Below the pieces are notes generated by a model, which did not search any database, was not told the DNA's origin, and was given only the letters and a program-made list of their open reading frames with translations. 64,000 bases of DNA. Origin: Antedon mediterranea. Lineage: Eukaryota > Animalia > Echinodermata. The stretch's first letter is position 1, and each line of letters opens with the position of its first letter. The translations under genes were made by a program, and so were the position numbers. Shown here piece after piece: positions 51,588 to 63,721 of the stretch. Where the stretch lies: NCBI RefSeq assembly GCF_964355755.1, contig NC_092672.1, forward strand, positions 3,968,001 through 4,032,000, given 5' to 3'.

Positions 51588-53916
51588 ATGTATCTCTGGT
51601 AAGTAAATTGTTATTTAAGCTTTTAATAATATTTAGGATGATATTTGGTGCTACTGTACTTTCTCACTGCTACTCTGTACTTTGACATTACTGTCTTTTA
51701 CTGTAGTACTGATTTGTTAGAATTCTGTAACCTTCTTTGAACATGTTGGCAATGAGAAGGAAAAACAATATTAAAACACACAGAAGGTACAATATGGGTG
51801 TACTCCAGTTAGGAATGCAATACAACTGAAGATCATTTAATACAAGTCAATTTCTGTTTAAATGTTCTTTTACCATTGTGTTCTATTAGCCTATTTGAGA
51901 TTATTTTATTATATACATTAACATTTTGTCACCGATGTGAAATTATTGTAAGGCAAACTGAAGTCCATTCTAAAAAAAGTGGAATGAGCTGTTAGGAGCT
52001 CAACGTAATAAGCCTTAGCATTACGTGGTAGGCTGGCCAGGTCCTTTCCATGTCGCCTTATCCTTCGTAGCATTTTCAATCAGGTACTCATTTACAGCTG
52101 AGTTGTTCTTATCGGGAAATTAACTTGGGTCTTTCTGTATGATAGTGAAGTGTCTAACCACTCAGCTACCAAACTTCTTTGGTTAACAAATTATTATATA
52201 ATATCATATTCAAAACTTCTTGTTGGGACCAGACTGGTTGGGACAGCCAGGCCGCTTCTTGGTCCTGGGAGAATCGTATGTAGGCTGTGAAATAAAAGGT
52301 TTACAGAATGCTTAAAGGACGTGTGGCGCAGTGTGTTGGACATTGGATTACTGATCGTGAGATCCAACTCTCACCACATTGCTAGATCCTTAGGCAAGAT
52401 ACTTTATTTACATTTGCCTCTCTCCACACAGGTGTATAAATGGGTATAGACTTACGTCATTTGGTATAAACTCTGCAATAATGTCGTCCTTCTATAGCTC
52501 AGTTATAGAGTGTCATAACATATTCTTTAACGGTATGGTTCGGTAGCGCTACTGAAAATGAAAAGCGTGACCTAAATAGAATAGTCAAGACGTATAAATG
52601 GATCTGCACAATTGCCTTTGGAGAACATATTTTCGGATCGTCTTCTGAAAAAGGCAGTGGCTATCAAAGATGATGAATTTCATCCGGTATGTTCCAGTTG
52701 ATGCGCAGCGGTCGGCGACTTCATTCTATTAAGGCCAATAAGGCACGATTTACAAATAGTTTCTTTCCAGGAGCTATTAGAGCCTTAAACATCATGTAGA
52801 CAGTTTTTGTAATGTTTTTGTTTTGAGTTTGTGTTGTGTCCGTTGGATATTGTGCTCCGCACACAGAGCAAACAGAATTTCTATGTTTTTTTCTCAAAAC
52901 AAATGACAATAAATGATACTTGACTTGACTTGGCGCTATATAAAAACGAATATTATTAATGCTGGCTCGATGACGATATCACGATCAGCAAAATAAACTT
53001 TGACGAAACCCTGCTTGACAATGATTAATTGATTTAATTTTAAAAATGTTATAAAAAGAGCATTTTTATAAATATAGTATAGATAAGATTGCAATTAATA
53101 AAATGAGTTAGAAGGTAAAAAAAGCTAACATACAGTTTTTATATTGAATTTCAGAGTAAATATGATGTTAACAATTGTGATACAGATTAGTATAATCTAT
53201 GTCATAAAATCAGCAGCTCAAACCAATTCTGAAGCTTGTAATAGCTGTTGTACAGCTGGGGTTCCTGGCATTCCAGGAAATCATGGTAATCCAGGTGTAT
53301 CAGGGCCACAAGGACTGAAAGGAGAACAAGGAATAAATGGAGAAGAAGGAATTAATGGAGAACAAGGAATGAAAGGAGAACAAGGAATGAATGGAGATAA
53401 TGGAAGAAATGGCTTAGATGGGATTCCCGGTAAATTAGGACCAAAAGGACCTCAAGGCCTCATTGGACTACCAGGTGCAAATGGTGTAAAAGGAGAAAAG
53501 GGTGAACAAGCTAGTCAGCAGAAATCTGCCTTTTCAGTAGTTTTTACATCAGACCCAGGTCGTCATGCCACTAGCAAATGAAGTATAACACAATAATTAC
53601 AGATGTAGGAAATCACTACAACAAAGAAACAGGCAAGTTTGTCTGTGCAATTCCAGGTGTTTATGTTTTCCAGGTGACATCAATGAAATCAAGTGGTAGT
53701 GGTAAAATTGTAACAAGAATCATGAAAAATGGCAATATTCAAATGTCTGCATGGATGAGTGCTTCAGGGTATAATTCTGTAAGCACAATGGTGGTTCTTG
53801 ATCTAGTATCAGGTGATGAAGTATGGACTCAGCCAGCTGGTTCAACCTCTAACTATTACCACAGTGACATTGGAAGATACTGCTCATTCTCTGGTTTCTT
53901 AATTTATGCAGCATAA
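51588..53916 (+). pseudogene. C1qDC gene 9, disabled: exons 51588..51598 and 53155..53916, 28 Gly-X-Y
   Basis: The splice junction creates a stop (CTC TG|A, where paralogs have CG|A or AG|A). A 1-nt loss at ~53576 (AGC-AA-ATG vs AGC-CCA-ATG) shifts frame at the start of gC1q. Confidence 0.85.
52313..52957 (+). mobile_element. Duplicate of the SINE + Rex1/Babar LINE composite, in intron of gene 9
   Basis: Essentially identical to 13238..13882, with the same AATGCT TSD and position. Confidence 0.75.
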
Positions 53917-55754
53917 AGTAAACATAAACAAATACTTGTTTATTAAATTAATTTGCAAATAGGCATCTAGAAGTCAAACTATATAAATGACACAAGCTAA
54001 ATTTAATATTATATTATTTTTGCAATTATTGATTATTTCTGCTTGAGATGCAACAGTTTAGATGAATGATGTCAATTTTACCAGTTAAAAAATTATAGAT
54101 ATAACATTTATTTCATTTGAGGAACTAAATTGTTTAAATACATTGTTAGAAATAAAATATTAATATTCAGTATTTTGAGTAAATCTATGTTATGTTGAAC
54201 TATGCAGGCGGTTCAATTTCTTTTGGCCTATTCACACTCAAATCAGTCCTAAATCAGGAAGGTTTTAGCAAATTCATCCACTACAATTCTAAATTAATTA
54301 ATGAAAGACTGTCAACACTCAGTAGTTTGACATTTGACCTGCAAAAACAGGTTTTACACATTTATTAACCCATGGCTGGTAGTAGTACTGCACAAAGATT
54401 ATACTTAGAAATATATCAGTATGGGTAACTCAATCAAAGCCTCTTCTTTTTTTTTTTTGGTTGAGTTTTGAATTCTTTCCTTGGCACACTTTACTTATAA
54501 AATTCATATGAATCGCAATATTGCTCATGACGACACCAAAACCAGTTTGTTACAACTTGATATATAACTTTTGAATAAAATACAGAACTGAACATACTTT
54601 TAAACTCTGTCTACACTATCACATTATTTTAACAAAATATGGTAGTAATATGCCAAAATATGGTCATCGTATCCATATATGGGCAAATCAATTTTTTTTG
54701 TCACAAACTTTGATAATGTAGACAGAGTTTTAGATGAAACAATGATAGAAAAATTATCCCATGACCAATTATAGGAATATAGTACATTCGGAATAGACTA
54801 CACTACTTTAGAATACTTACTGACAATTCCCTAGAAATTGGGCGTGGTTTCCAGACATCGTTACCGACGCCATTCAGCGTTATAGTCCAGATCCCTATGT
54901 ATTTTCGTGTGCAGATCATGGGGAAAGTGTAAACATTGTGTTTTATGAATATTTGAATCATGCTGGTTATAAAAACCCATGTTGTCAAATTTCTAAAATT
55001 TATCTTTGACCTCTGACCTCAATTTGAATGTTTTGACCCATTGAAAACAAAATGATCATATCTTTGCAACGCGTGGATTAAATGAAATAATTTTAGTGTC
55101 AAATTATTTGGGAGATGCATATTAATATTCGTTCTAATGGAAAAGTTTGTCCAAAAATGGCTGAAGTATGATTTTTGGCATATTTGACCTTTGACCTACA
55201 TATCATATAACTCCGTAACTAATAGTTGGACAAACTTAAAATAGGGCTCAAATTAATCTGAAGGTATATGTTTCTATTCAGTCTAATAAGAACTTTTACA
55301 AGAAAATGACCCAAAATCTTGTTATTGACCTTTGACCTGTACAGGTAGTACATATTTCTATAATCTCAAAAACTATGGGCCGTAAAATGGTTGTTTTTGT
55401 GAAATTGTTTGAACAATTTACATTTATATGTTGTATAATAACAACATTTTATAGAAATGTAAAAGAATTCTATTCATGATCACTAACTTTATAATTTATT
55501 AACATCACTAGCATTTGTTATAATATTAAAATGTGTTATATTTGCTGATTTTAAGCACTTCCCATGAATTTATCAGAATTATGTGTATTTAATATAAAGT
55601 TTGTTTTTTTTTTATATATAAAGAAAATTTAATTGTCTATCAAATAAGACTATTTTCAAATTATTATGGCTAAAACTTAATTAGATACAGGCAAAAAAGT
55701 GTATTTTTACTTGTGTGAACAGCGTCCTCAATCTTCATTTTTTCCCCAAAAATA

Positions 55755-58712
55755 TACGAAAGCCCATTAATGCCATTTGAAGTATATGTTTTTCGAACGT
55801 AATCCGTTCTAACGAATTAGTAATTCGTTTGAACGGATTAATAATCTGTTCAAACGAATTAGTAATCCGTTCAAACGAATTGCAACATATACAACAAGTG
55901 CCATTTAAAGTACATGTTGTAATTCGTTTAAACGGATTACTAATCCGTTCAAACGAATTACTAATTTGTTTAAACGGATTACTAATTTGTTCAAACGAAT
56001 TACTAAATTCGTTCAAACGAATTACTAATTTGTTTAAACGGATTACTAATTTGTTTAAACAAATTAATAATTTGTTTAAACGGATTACTAATTCGTTCAA
56101 AAGGAATTAGTAATCCGTTTAAACAAATTAATAATTTGTTTAAACAAATTAATATAAGTTGTTTAAACGGATTACTAATCTGTTTGAACGAATTAGTAAT
56201 TCGTTTCAACGAATTAGTAATTTGTTTAAACAAATTAATAATTTGTTTAAACGGATTACTAATTCGTTTAAACGAATTAGTAATTCGTTTAAACAGATTA
56301 GTAAGCCGTTTAAACAAATTACTAATCCGTTTGGACGGATTCCTAATTCGTTTGAACAGATTTAATCTGTTTAAACAAATTAGTAATTCGTTTGAACGGA
56401 TTAGTAATCTGTTCAAACGAATTAGTAATCCGTTCAAACCAATTGCAACATATACAACAAGTGCCATTTAAAGAATATGTACGAAAGCCCATTAATGCCA
56501 TTTTAAGTATATGTTTTTCGAACGTAATCCGTTCTAACGAATTAGTAATTCGTTTGAACGGATTAATAATCTGTTCAAACGAATTAGTAATCCATTCAAA
56601 CGAATTGCAACATATACAACAAGTGCCATTTAAAGTATATGTTGTAATTCGTTTGAACGGATTACTAATCCGTTCAAACAAATTACTAATTTGTTTAAAT
56701 GGATTACTAATTTGTTCAAACGGATTACTAATCCGTTCAAACAAATTACTAATTTGTTTAAACGGATTACTAATTCGTTCAAACGAATTACTAATTTGTT
56801 TAAACGGATTAGTAATCCGTTCAAACGAATTACTAATTCGTTCAAACGAATTAGTAATCCGTTTAAACGAATTAATAATTTGTTTAAACAAATTAATAAT
56901 TTGTTTAAACGGATTACTAATCTGTTTGAACAAATTAGTAATTCGTTTGAACGAACTAGTAATCCGTTTAAACAAATTATTAATTTGTTTAAACAAATTA
57001 ATAATTTGTTCAAACGGATTACTAATTCGTTAGAACGAATTAGTAATTCGTTTGAACAAATTAGTAATCCGTTTAAACAAATTACTAATCCGTTTGAACG
57101 GATTCCTAATTCGTTTTAACAGATTATTAATCTGTTTAAACAAATTAGTAATTCGTTTGAACGGATTAGTAATCCGTTCAAACGAATTACAACATATTCT
57201 TTAAATGGCACTTGTTGTATATGTTGCAATTGGTTTGAACAGATTACTAATTCGTTTGAACAGATTACTAATCCGTTCAAACGAATTACTAATTTGTTTA
57301 AACAGATTAATAATCTGTTCAAACGAATTAGGAATCCGTCCAAACGGATTACTAATTTGTTTAAACGGATTACTAATCTGTTTAAACGAATTACTAATTC
57401 GTTTAAACGAATTAGTAATCCGTTTAAACAAATTATTAATTTGTTTAAACAAATTAATAATTTGTTTAAACAAATTACTAATTTGTTTAAACAGATTACT
57501 AATTCGTTCAAACGAATTACTAATTCGTTCAAACAGATTAGTAATCCGTTTAAACAAATTATTAATTTGTTTAAACAAATTATTAATTTGTTTAAACGGA
57601 TTACTAATTCGTTTGAACGAATTAGTAATCCGTTTAAACAAATTATTAATTCGTTTAAACAAATTAGTAATCCGTTTAAACAAATTAGTAATTCGTTTGA
57701 ACGAATTAGTAATTCGTTTGAACAAATTAGTAATCCGTTTGAACAAATTAGTAATTCGTTTGAACGGATTAGTAATCCGTTTAAACGAATTACAACATAT
57801 ACTTTAAATGGCACTTGTTGTATATGTTGCAATTCGTTTGAACGGATTACTAATTCGTTTGAACAGATTATTAATCCGTTCAAACGAATTACTAATTCGT
57901 TAGAACGGATTACGTTCGAAAAACATATACTTAAAATGGCATTAATGGGCTTTCGTAATTATGTTGTAATTCGTTTGAACGGATTACTAATCTGTTCAAA
58001 CGAATTACTAATTTGTTTAAACAGATTAATAATCTGTTCAAACGGATTAGTAATTTGTTTAAACGGATTACTAATTTGTTCAAACGAATTACTAATTCGT
58101 TCTAACGAATTAGTAATCCGTTTGAACAAATTATTAATTTGTTTAAACAAATTAATAATTTGTTTAAACGGATTACTAATTCGTTCAAACGAATTACTAA
58201 TTTGTTCAAACAGATTAATAATCCGTTTAAACAAATTATTAAACAAATTATTAATTCGTTTAAACGGATTACTAATTCGTTTGAACGAATTAGTAATTCG
58301 TTTGAACGGATTACTAATCCGTTTAAACAAATTAGTAATTCGTTTGAACGAATTAGTAATCCGTTTAAACAAATTAGTAATTCGTTTGAACGGATTAGTA
58401 ATCCGTTTGAACAAATTAGTAATCCGTTTAAACAAATTAGTAATTTGTTTGAACGGATTAGTAATCCGTTCAAACGAATTACAACATATACTTTAAATGG
58501 CACTTGTTGTATATGTTGCAATTCGTTTGAACGGATTACTAATTCGTTTGAACAGATTATTAATCCGTTCAAACGAATTACTAATTCGTTATAACGGATT
58601 ACGTTCGAAAAACATATACTTAAAATGGCATTAATGGGCTTTCGTACTAATTCGTTAGAACGGATTACGTTCGATAAACATATACTTAAAATGGCATTAA
58701 TGGGCTTTCGTA
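55755..58712. mobile_element. Composite of IS3EU-like 21-bp-repeat elements (self-nested; doubled right end at 58646 and 58712)
   Basis: TIR TACGAAAGCCCATTAATGCCATTT... at 55755 and 56480; its reverse complement ends at 57957, 58646 and 58712. Confidence 0.8.
56480..57957. mobile_element. IS3EU-like element inserted in inverted orientation inside another copy of itself
   Basis: AATATG|TACG...CGTA|ATTATG (6-bp TSD, one mismatch) interrupts the internal motif TTAAAGAATATGTTGTAATT. Confidence 0.75.
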
Positions 58713-59028
58713 TAATTTTGAGCTAAAAGTTCATCTTTTTGGTTTAATAAAAGCTATCTAGCAGATATTAATACACACAATTCATATTTTATTGGATAGA
58801 TATTATGATTATCTTTCCAATAAAATATGCTGTTTGTGTAAGAATGGCTGTACAAGATTGTTTGTACTGGACCAAAAAGATGGATTTTTAGCACAAAATC
58901 AAAATCTTTTTTAGCATGCACCATGTAATAACCTCAGGAAAAATGTCAAGCTATCGAAATATTTTTCTCATTTTTTTTCATAAACTGACCTAGTACGTTA
59001 TAAAAGTGGTATGTAAATTACAGGTTAC

Positions 59029-60233
59029 TACGAAAGCCCATTAATGCCATTTTAAGTATATGTTTTTCGAACGTAATCCGTTATAACGAATTAGTAATTC
59101 GTTTGAACGGATTAATAATCTGTTCAAACGAATTAGTAATCCGTTCAAACGAATTGCAACATATACAACAAGTGCCATTTAAAGTATATGTTGTAATTCG
59201 TTTAAACGGATTACTAATCCGTTCAAACGAATTACTAATTTGTTTAAACGGATTACTAATTTGTTCAAACGAATTACTAATTCGTTCAAACGAATTACTA
59301 ATTTGTTTAAACGGATTACTAATTTGTTTAAACGAATTAATAATTTGTTTAAACGGATTACTAATTCGTTCAAACGAATTAGTAATCCGTTTAAACAAAT
59401 TAATAATTTGTTTAAACAAATTAATAATTTGTTTAAACGGATTACTAATCTGTTTGAACGAATTAGTAATTCGTTTGAACGGATTAGTAATCTGTTCAAA
59501 CGAATTAGTAATCCGTTCAAACCAATTGCAACATATACAACAAGTGCCATTTAAAGAATATGTTGTAATTCGTTTGAACGGATTACTAATCTGTTCAAAC
59601 GAATTACTAATTTGTTTAAACAGATTAATAATCTGTTAAAACGAATTAGGAATCCGTTCAAACGGATTAGTAATTTGTTTAAACGGATTACTAATTTGTT
59701 CAAACGAATTACTAATTCGTTCTAACGAATTAGTAATCCGTTTGAACAAATTATTAATTTGTTTAAACAAATTAATAATTTGTTTAAACGGATTACTAAT
59801 TCGTTCAAACGAATTACTAATTTGTTCAAACAGATTAATAATCCGTTTAAACAAATTATTAATTTGTTTAAACAAATTATTAATTCGTTTAAACGGATTA
59901 CTAATTCGTTTGAATGAATTAGTAATTCGTTTGAACGGATTACTAATCCGTTTAAACAAATTAGTAATTCGTTTGAACGAATTAGTAATCCGTTTAAACA
60001 AATTAGTAATTCGTTTGAACGAATTAGTAATCCGTTTAAACAAATTAGTAATTCGTTTGAACGGATTAGTAATCCGTTTGAACAAATTAGTAATCCGTTT
60101 AAACAAATTAGTAATTAACAGATTATTAATCCGTTCAAACGAATTATTAATCCGTTCAAACGAATTACTAATTCGTTATAACGGATTACGTTCGAAAAAC
60201 ATATACTTAAAATGGCATTAATGGGCTTTCGTA
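59029..60233. mobile_element. IS3EU-like non-autonomous element filled with 21-bp repeats
   Basis: GGTTAC|TACGAAAG...CTTTCGTA|GGTTAC. Confidence 0.85.
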
Positions 60234-62264
60234 GGTTACTGTAAATAATCAGTAAAACAAAGTTATAACCTGTTAAGTTTATGAAACCACATAAAAATGT
60301 GGTATTTTGAGCGGAAAATGAAGATTGAGGGCGCTGTTTACACAAGTAAAAAAATACACCTTTTTGCCTGTATCTAATTAAGTTTTAGCCATATTAATTT
60401 GAAAATGGTCTTATTTGATAGATAATTAAATTTTCTTTATGTCAAAAAAATAAAACTTTATATTTAAATACACATAATTCTGATAAATTCATGTGAAGTG
60501 CTTAAAATCAGCAAATTTAATATTATAACAAATGCTTACAAAGTTGGTGATCATAAATAAAATTATTTTACATTTCTATAAAATGTTGTTATTATACAAC
60601 ATATGAATGTAAATTTTTCGAACAATTTCACCAAAAAAAACCTTTTACGGCCAATAGTTTTAAGACTGTAGGAATGTGTACTACCTGTACAGGTCAAAGG
60701 TCAATAAGAAGATTTTGGGTCATTTTCTTGTAAAAGTTCTTATTAGACTGAATAGAAACATATACCTTCAGATTAATTTGAGCCCTATTTAAAGTTTGTC
60801 CAACTATTAGTTACGGAGTTATATGATATGTAGGTCAAAGGTAAAAAATGCCAAAAATCATACTTCCGGCCATTTTTGGACAAACTTTTCCATTAGAACG
60901 AATATTAATATTTCATTAATTATTTCATTTAAAATAAGCGTTGCAAAGATATGACCATTTTGTTTTCAATGGGTCAAAACATTCAAATTGAGGTCAGAGG
61001 TCAAAGATGAATTTTAGAAATTTGACAACATGGGTTTTTATAACCAGCATGATTCAATTATTCATAAAACACAATGTTTACACTTTCCCCATGATCTGCA
61101 CACGAAGGCACTTTTTTTGACATAGGGATCTGGACTATTAGCTCCTGACACGTTTTTGGCAATTTCCTCTTCAAATAAACAGTTGGCGGTGTCTGTTTAG
61201 AGAGAACCTTTTCAAAAGACATACCGACAAAAAACTCCATTCTTTTTAATGTTGCTAGGCAGCTTAGTCTTGCACATGGATCTTTACAGAGTAACTACAG
61301 GAAAAAAAAAAAGTGATCATAAAGAAAAACTGATAAACTACCAGAGACTATTGGGTTATCCAAGTTCAGGCTGTTTTATACTGCAATAAAGAACGTATAG
61401 TTTGATTACAAAGATAAAAACGTGGTATTATTAAGGAACTATCAATCTGCGACAATCTAGTTGTGTTGCCAAAATAGTGTCCAAAAATGAATGTTCAAAG
61501 AGAATGTTGCACTGAATAAAGATGGCATAACTACAGTAATTCCTAGTTCATTAATTATGAGATGAGAATTAAAAAATTTAATTACTTAGAAATCAATCAA
61601 CTGTTACCTGAAGAATGACGTCCTGAGCTGGATAACTAACAAATGGAGGTAACTTGAATTCCTTATTTATAACCTTATTATACATCTCAATGTGATTGGT
61701 GGAACCACTTAACGGATATTTACCCGTCATCAAGCAAAACATTATAATGCCGAGTGACCACCAGTCAACACGATGATCATAGTCACCCATATTTAGTACT
61801 TCAGGCGCTGAAAAAATTAAGGTAGATGTTCAGTTGTCCTGTTAAAAAAAAATATTAAAACTATGGTATAAATTTGGAGACTATTACAGAGCAGAATTTA
61901 GATTTGTGACCATGTTTAATTGCGGTGGTCGATATAGGATTTTAAAAAGACGGTAGGGCCGGAAATCAACAAAAGGAAGTTCTGTGCATCTCTCCTATTC
62001 TAGCTTACATTAACTATTAACTACATACTGTATTAACTACGAATTCAGCATTTTATTAATCAATCTAAAAAACTGTCTACCTGTTGAACAATAAACAATT
62101 TTGGATGATATTATTTAAAGATAGCAAAATGATTCACTTACCCTTATTAGAGATAATAATAGATATACAATTACCCACCCATATACATAAGTGTCCCACA
62201 GACACTGGACGTTCTGCCACCTTGCTTCAGCCATTTTGAAAGTCCAAAATCGGACAGAAGTATA

Positions 62265-63721
62265 TACGAAAGCCCATTAATGCCATTTTAAGTATATGTT
62301 TTTCGAACGTAATCCGTTCTAACGAATTAGTAATTCGTTTGAACGGATTAATAATCTGTTCAAACGAATTAGTAATCCGTTCAAACGAATTGCAACATAT
62401 ACAACAAGTGCCATTTAAAGTATATGTTGTAATTCGTTTAAACGGATTACTAATCCGTTCAAACGAATTACTAATTTGTTTAAACGGATTACTAATTTGT
62501 TCAAACGAATTATTAATTCGTTCAAACGAATTACTAATTTGTTTAAACGGATTACTAATTTGTTTAAACGAATTAATAATTTGTTTAAACGGATTACTAA
62601 TTCGTTCAAACGAATTAGTAATCCGTTTAAACAAATTAATAATTTGTTTAAACAAATTAATAATTTGTTTAAACGGATTACTAATCTGTTTGAACGAATT
62701 AGTAATTCGTTTGAACGAATTAATAATCTGTTTAAACAAATTAGTAATTTGTTTAAACAAATTAATAATTTGTTTAAACGGATTACTAATTCGTTTAAAC
62801 GAATTAGTAATTCGTTTAAACAGATTAGTAATCCGTTTAAACAAATTACTAATCCGTTTGGACGGATTCCTAATTCGTTTGAACAGATTATTAATCTGTT
62901 TAAACAAATTAGTAATTCGTTTGAACGGATTAGTAATCTGTTCAAACGAATTAGTAATCCGTTCAAACCAATTGCAACATATACAACAAGTGCCATTTAA
63001 AGAATATGTTGTAATTCGTTTGAACGGATTACTAATCTGTTCAAACGAATTACTAATTTGTTTAAACAGATTAATAATCTGTTAAAACGAATTAGGAATC
63101 CGTTCAAACGGATTAGTAATTTGTTTAAACGGATTACTAATTTGTTCAAACGAATTACTAATTCGTTCTAACGAATTAGTAATCCGTTTGAACAAATTAT
63201 TAATTTGTTTAAACAAATTAATAATTTGTTTAAACGGATTACTAATTCGTTCAAACGAATTACTAATTTGTTCAAACAGATTAATAATCCGTTTAAACAA
63301 ATTATTAATTTGTTTAAACAAATTACTAATTCGTTTAAACGGATTACTAATTCGTTTGAACGAATTAGTAATTCGTTTGAACGGATTACTAATCCGTTTA
63401 AACAAATTAGTAATTCATTTGAACGAATTAGTAATCCGTTTAAACAAATTAGTAATTCGTTTGAACGGATTAGTAATCCGTTTGAACAAATTAGTAATCC
63501 GTTTAAACAAATTAGTAATTTGTTTGAACGGATTAGTAATCCGTTCAAACGAATTACAACATATACTTTGAATGGCACTTGTTGTATATGTTGCAATTCG
63601 TTTGAACGGATTACTAATTCGTTTGAACAGATTATTAATCCGTTCAAACGAATTACTAATTCGTTATAACGGATTACGTTCGAAAAACATATACTTAAAA
63701 TGGCATTAATGGGCTTTCGTA
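62265..63721. mobile_element. IS3EU-like non-autonomous element (1457 bp) inserted in the kinase DFG exon
   Basis: AGTATA|TACGAAAGCCCATTAATG...CATTAATGGGCTTTCGTA|AGTATA; empty site CAGAAGTATATGACC at ~19395 and ~29240; interior is arrays of GTTYRAACRRATTASTAATYY. Confidence 0.9.

Larger units (their letters stand above)
54883..61137. mobile_element. Long-TIR foldback DNA transposon (Academ-like, non-autonomous) inserted in a kinase exon; hosts nested elements
   Basis: TTA|TAGTCCAGATCCCTATGT ... ACATAGGGATCTGGACTA|TTA. ~850-bp inverted arms (54883-55750 vs 60303-61137) with TGACCTTTGACCT motifs; symmetry centre near 58805. Confidence 0.85.

Noticed and set aside
54803-54820. Kinase ending by read-through ...RELSVSILK*
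   Set aside because: The 'VS' codons are a perfect GTAAGT donor in all four blocks, and an in-phase terminal exon carrying the AGC hydrophobic motif exists downstream.
55800-63700. CRISPR-like repeat/spacer appearance
   Set aside because: Units are contiguous with no unique spacers, there are no cas genes, and the context is eukaryotic.
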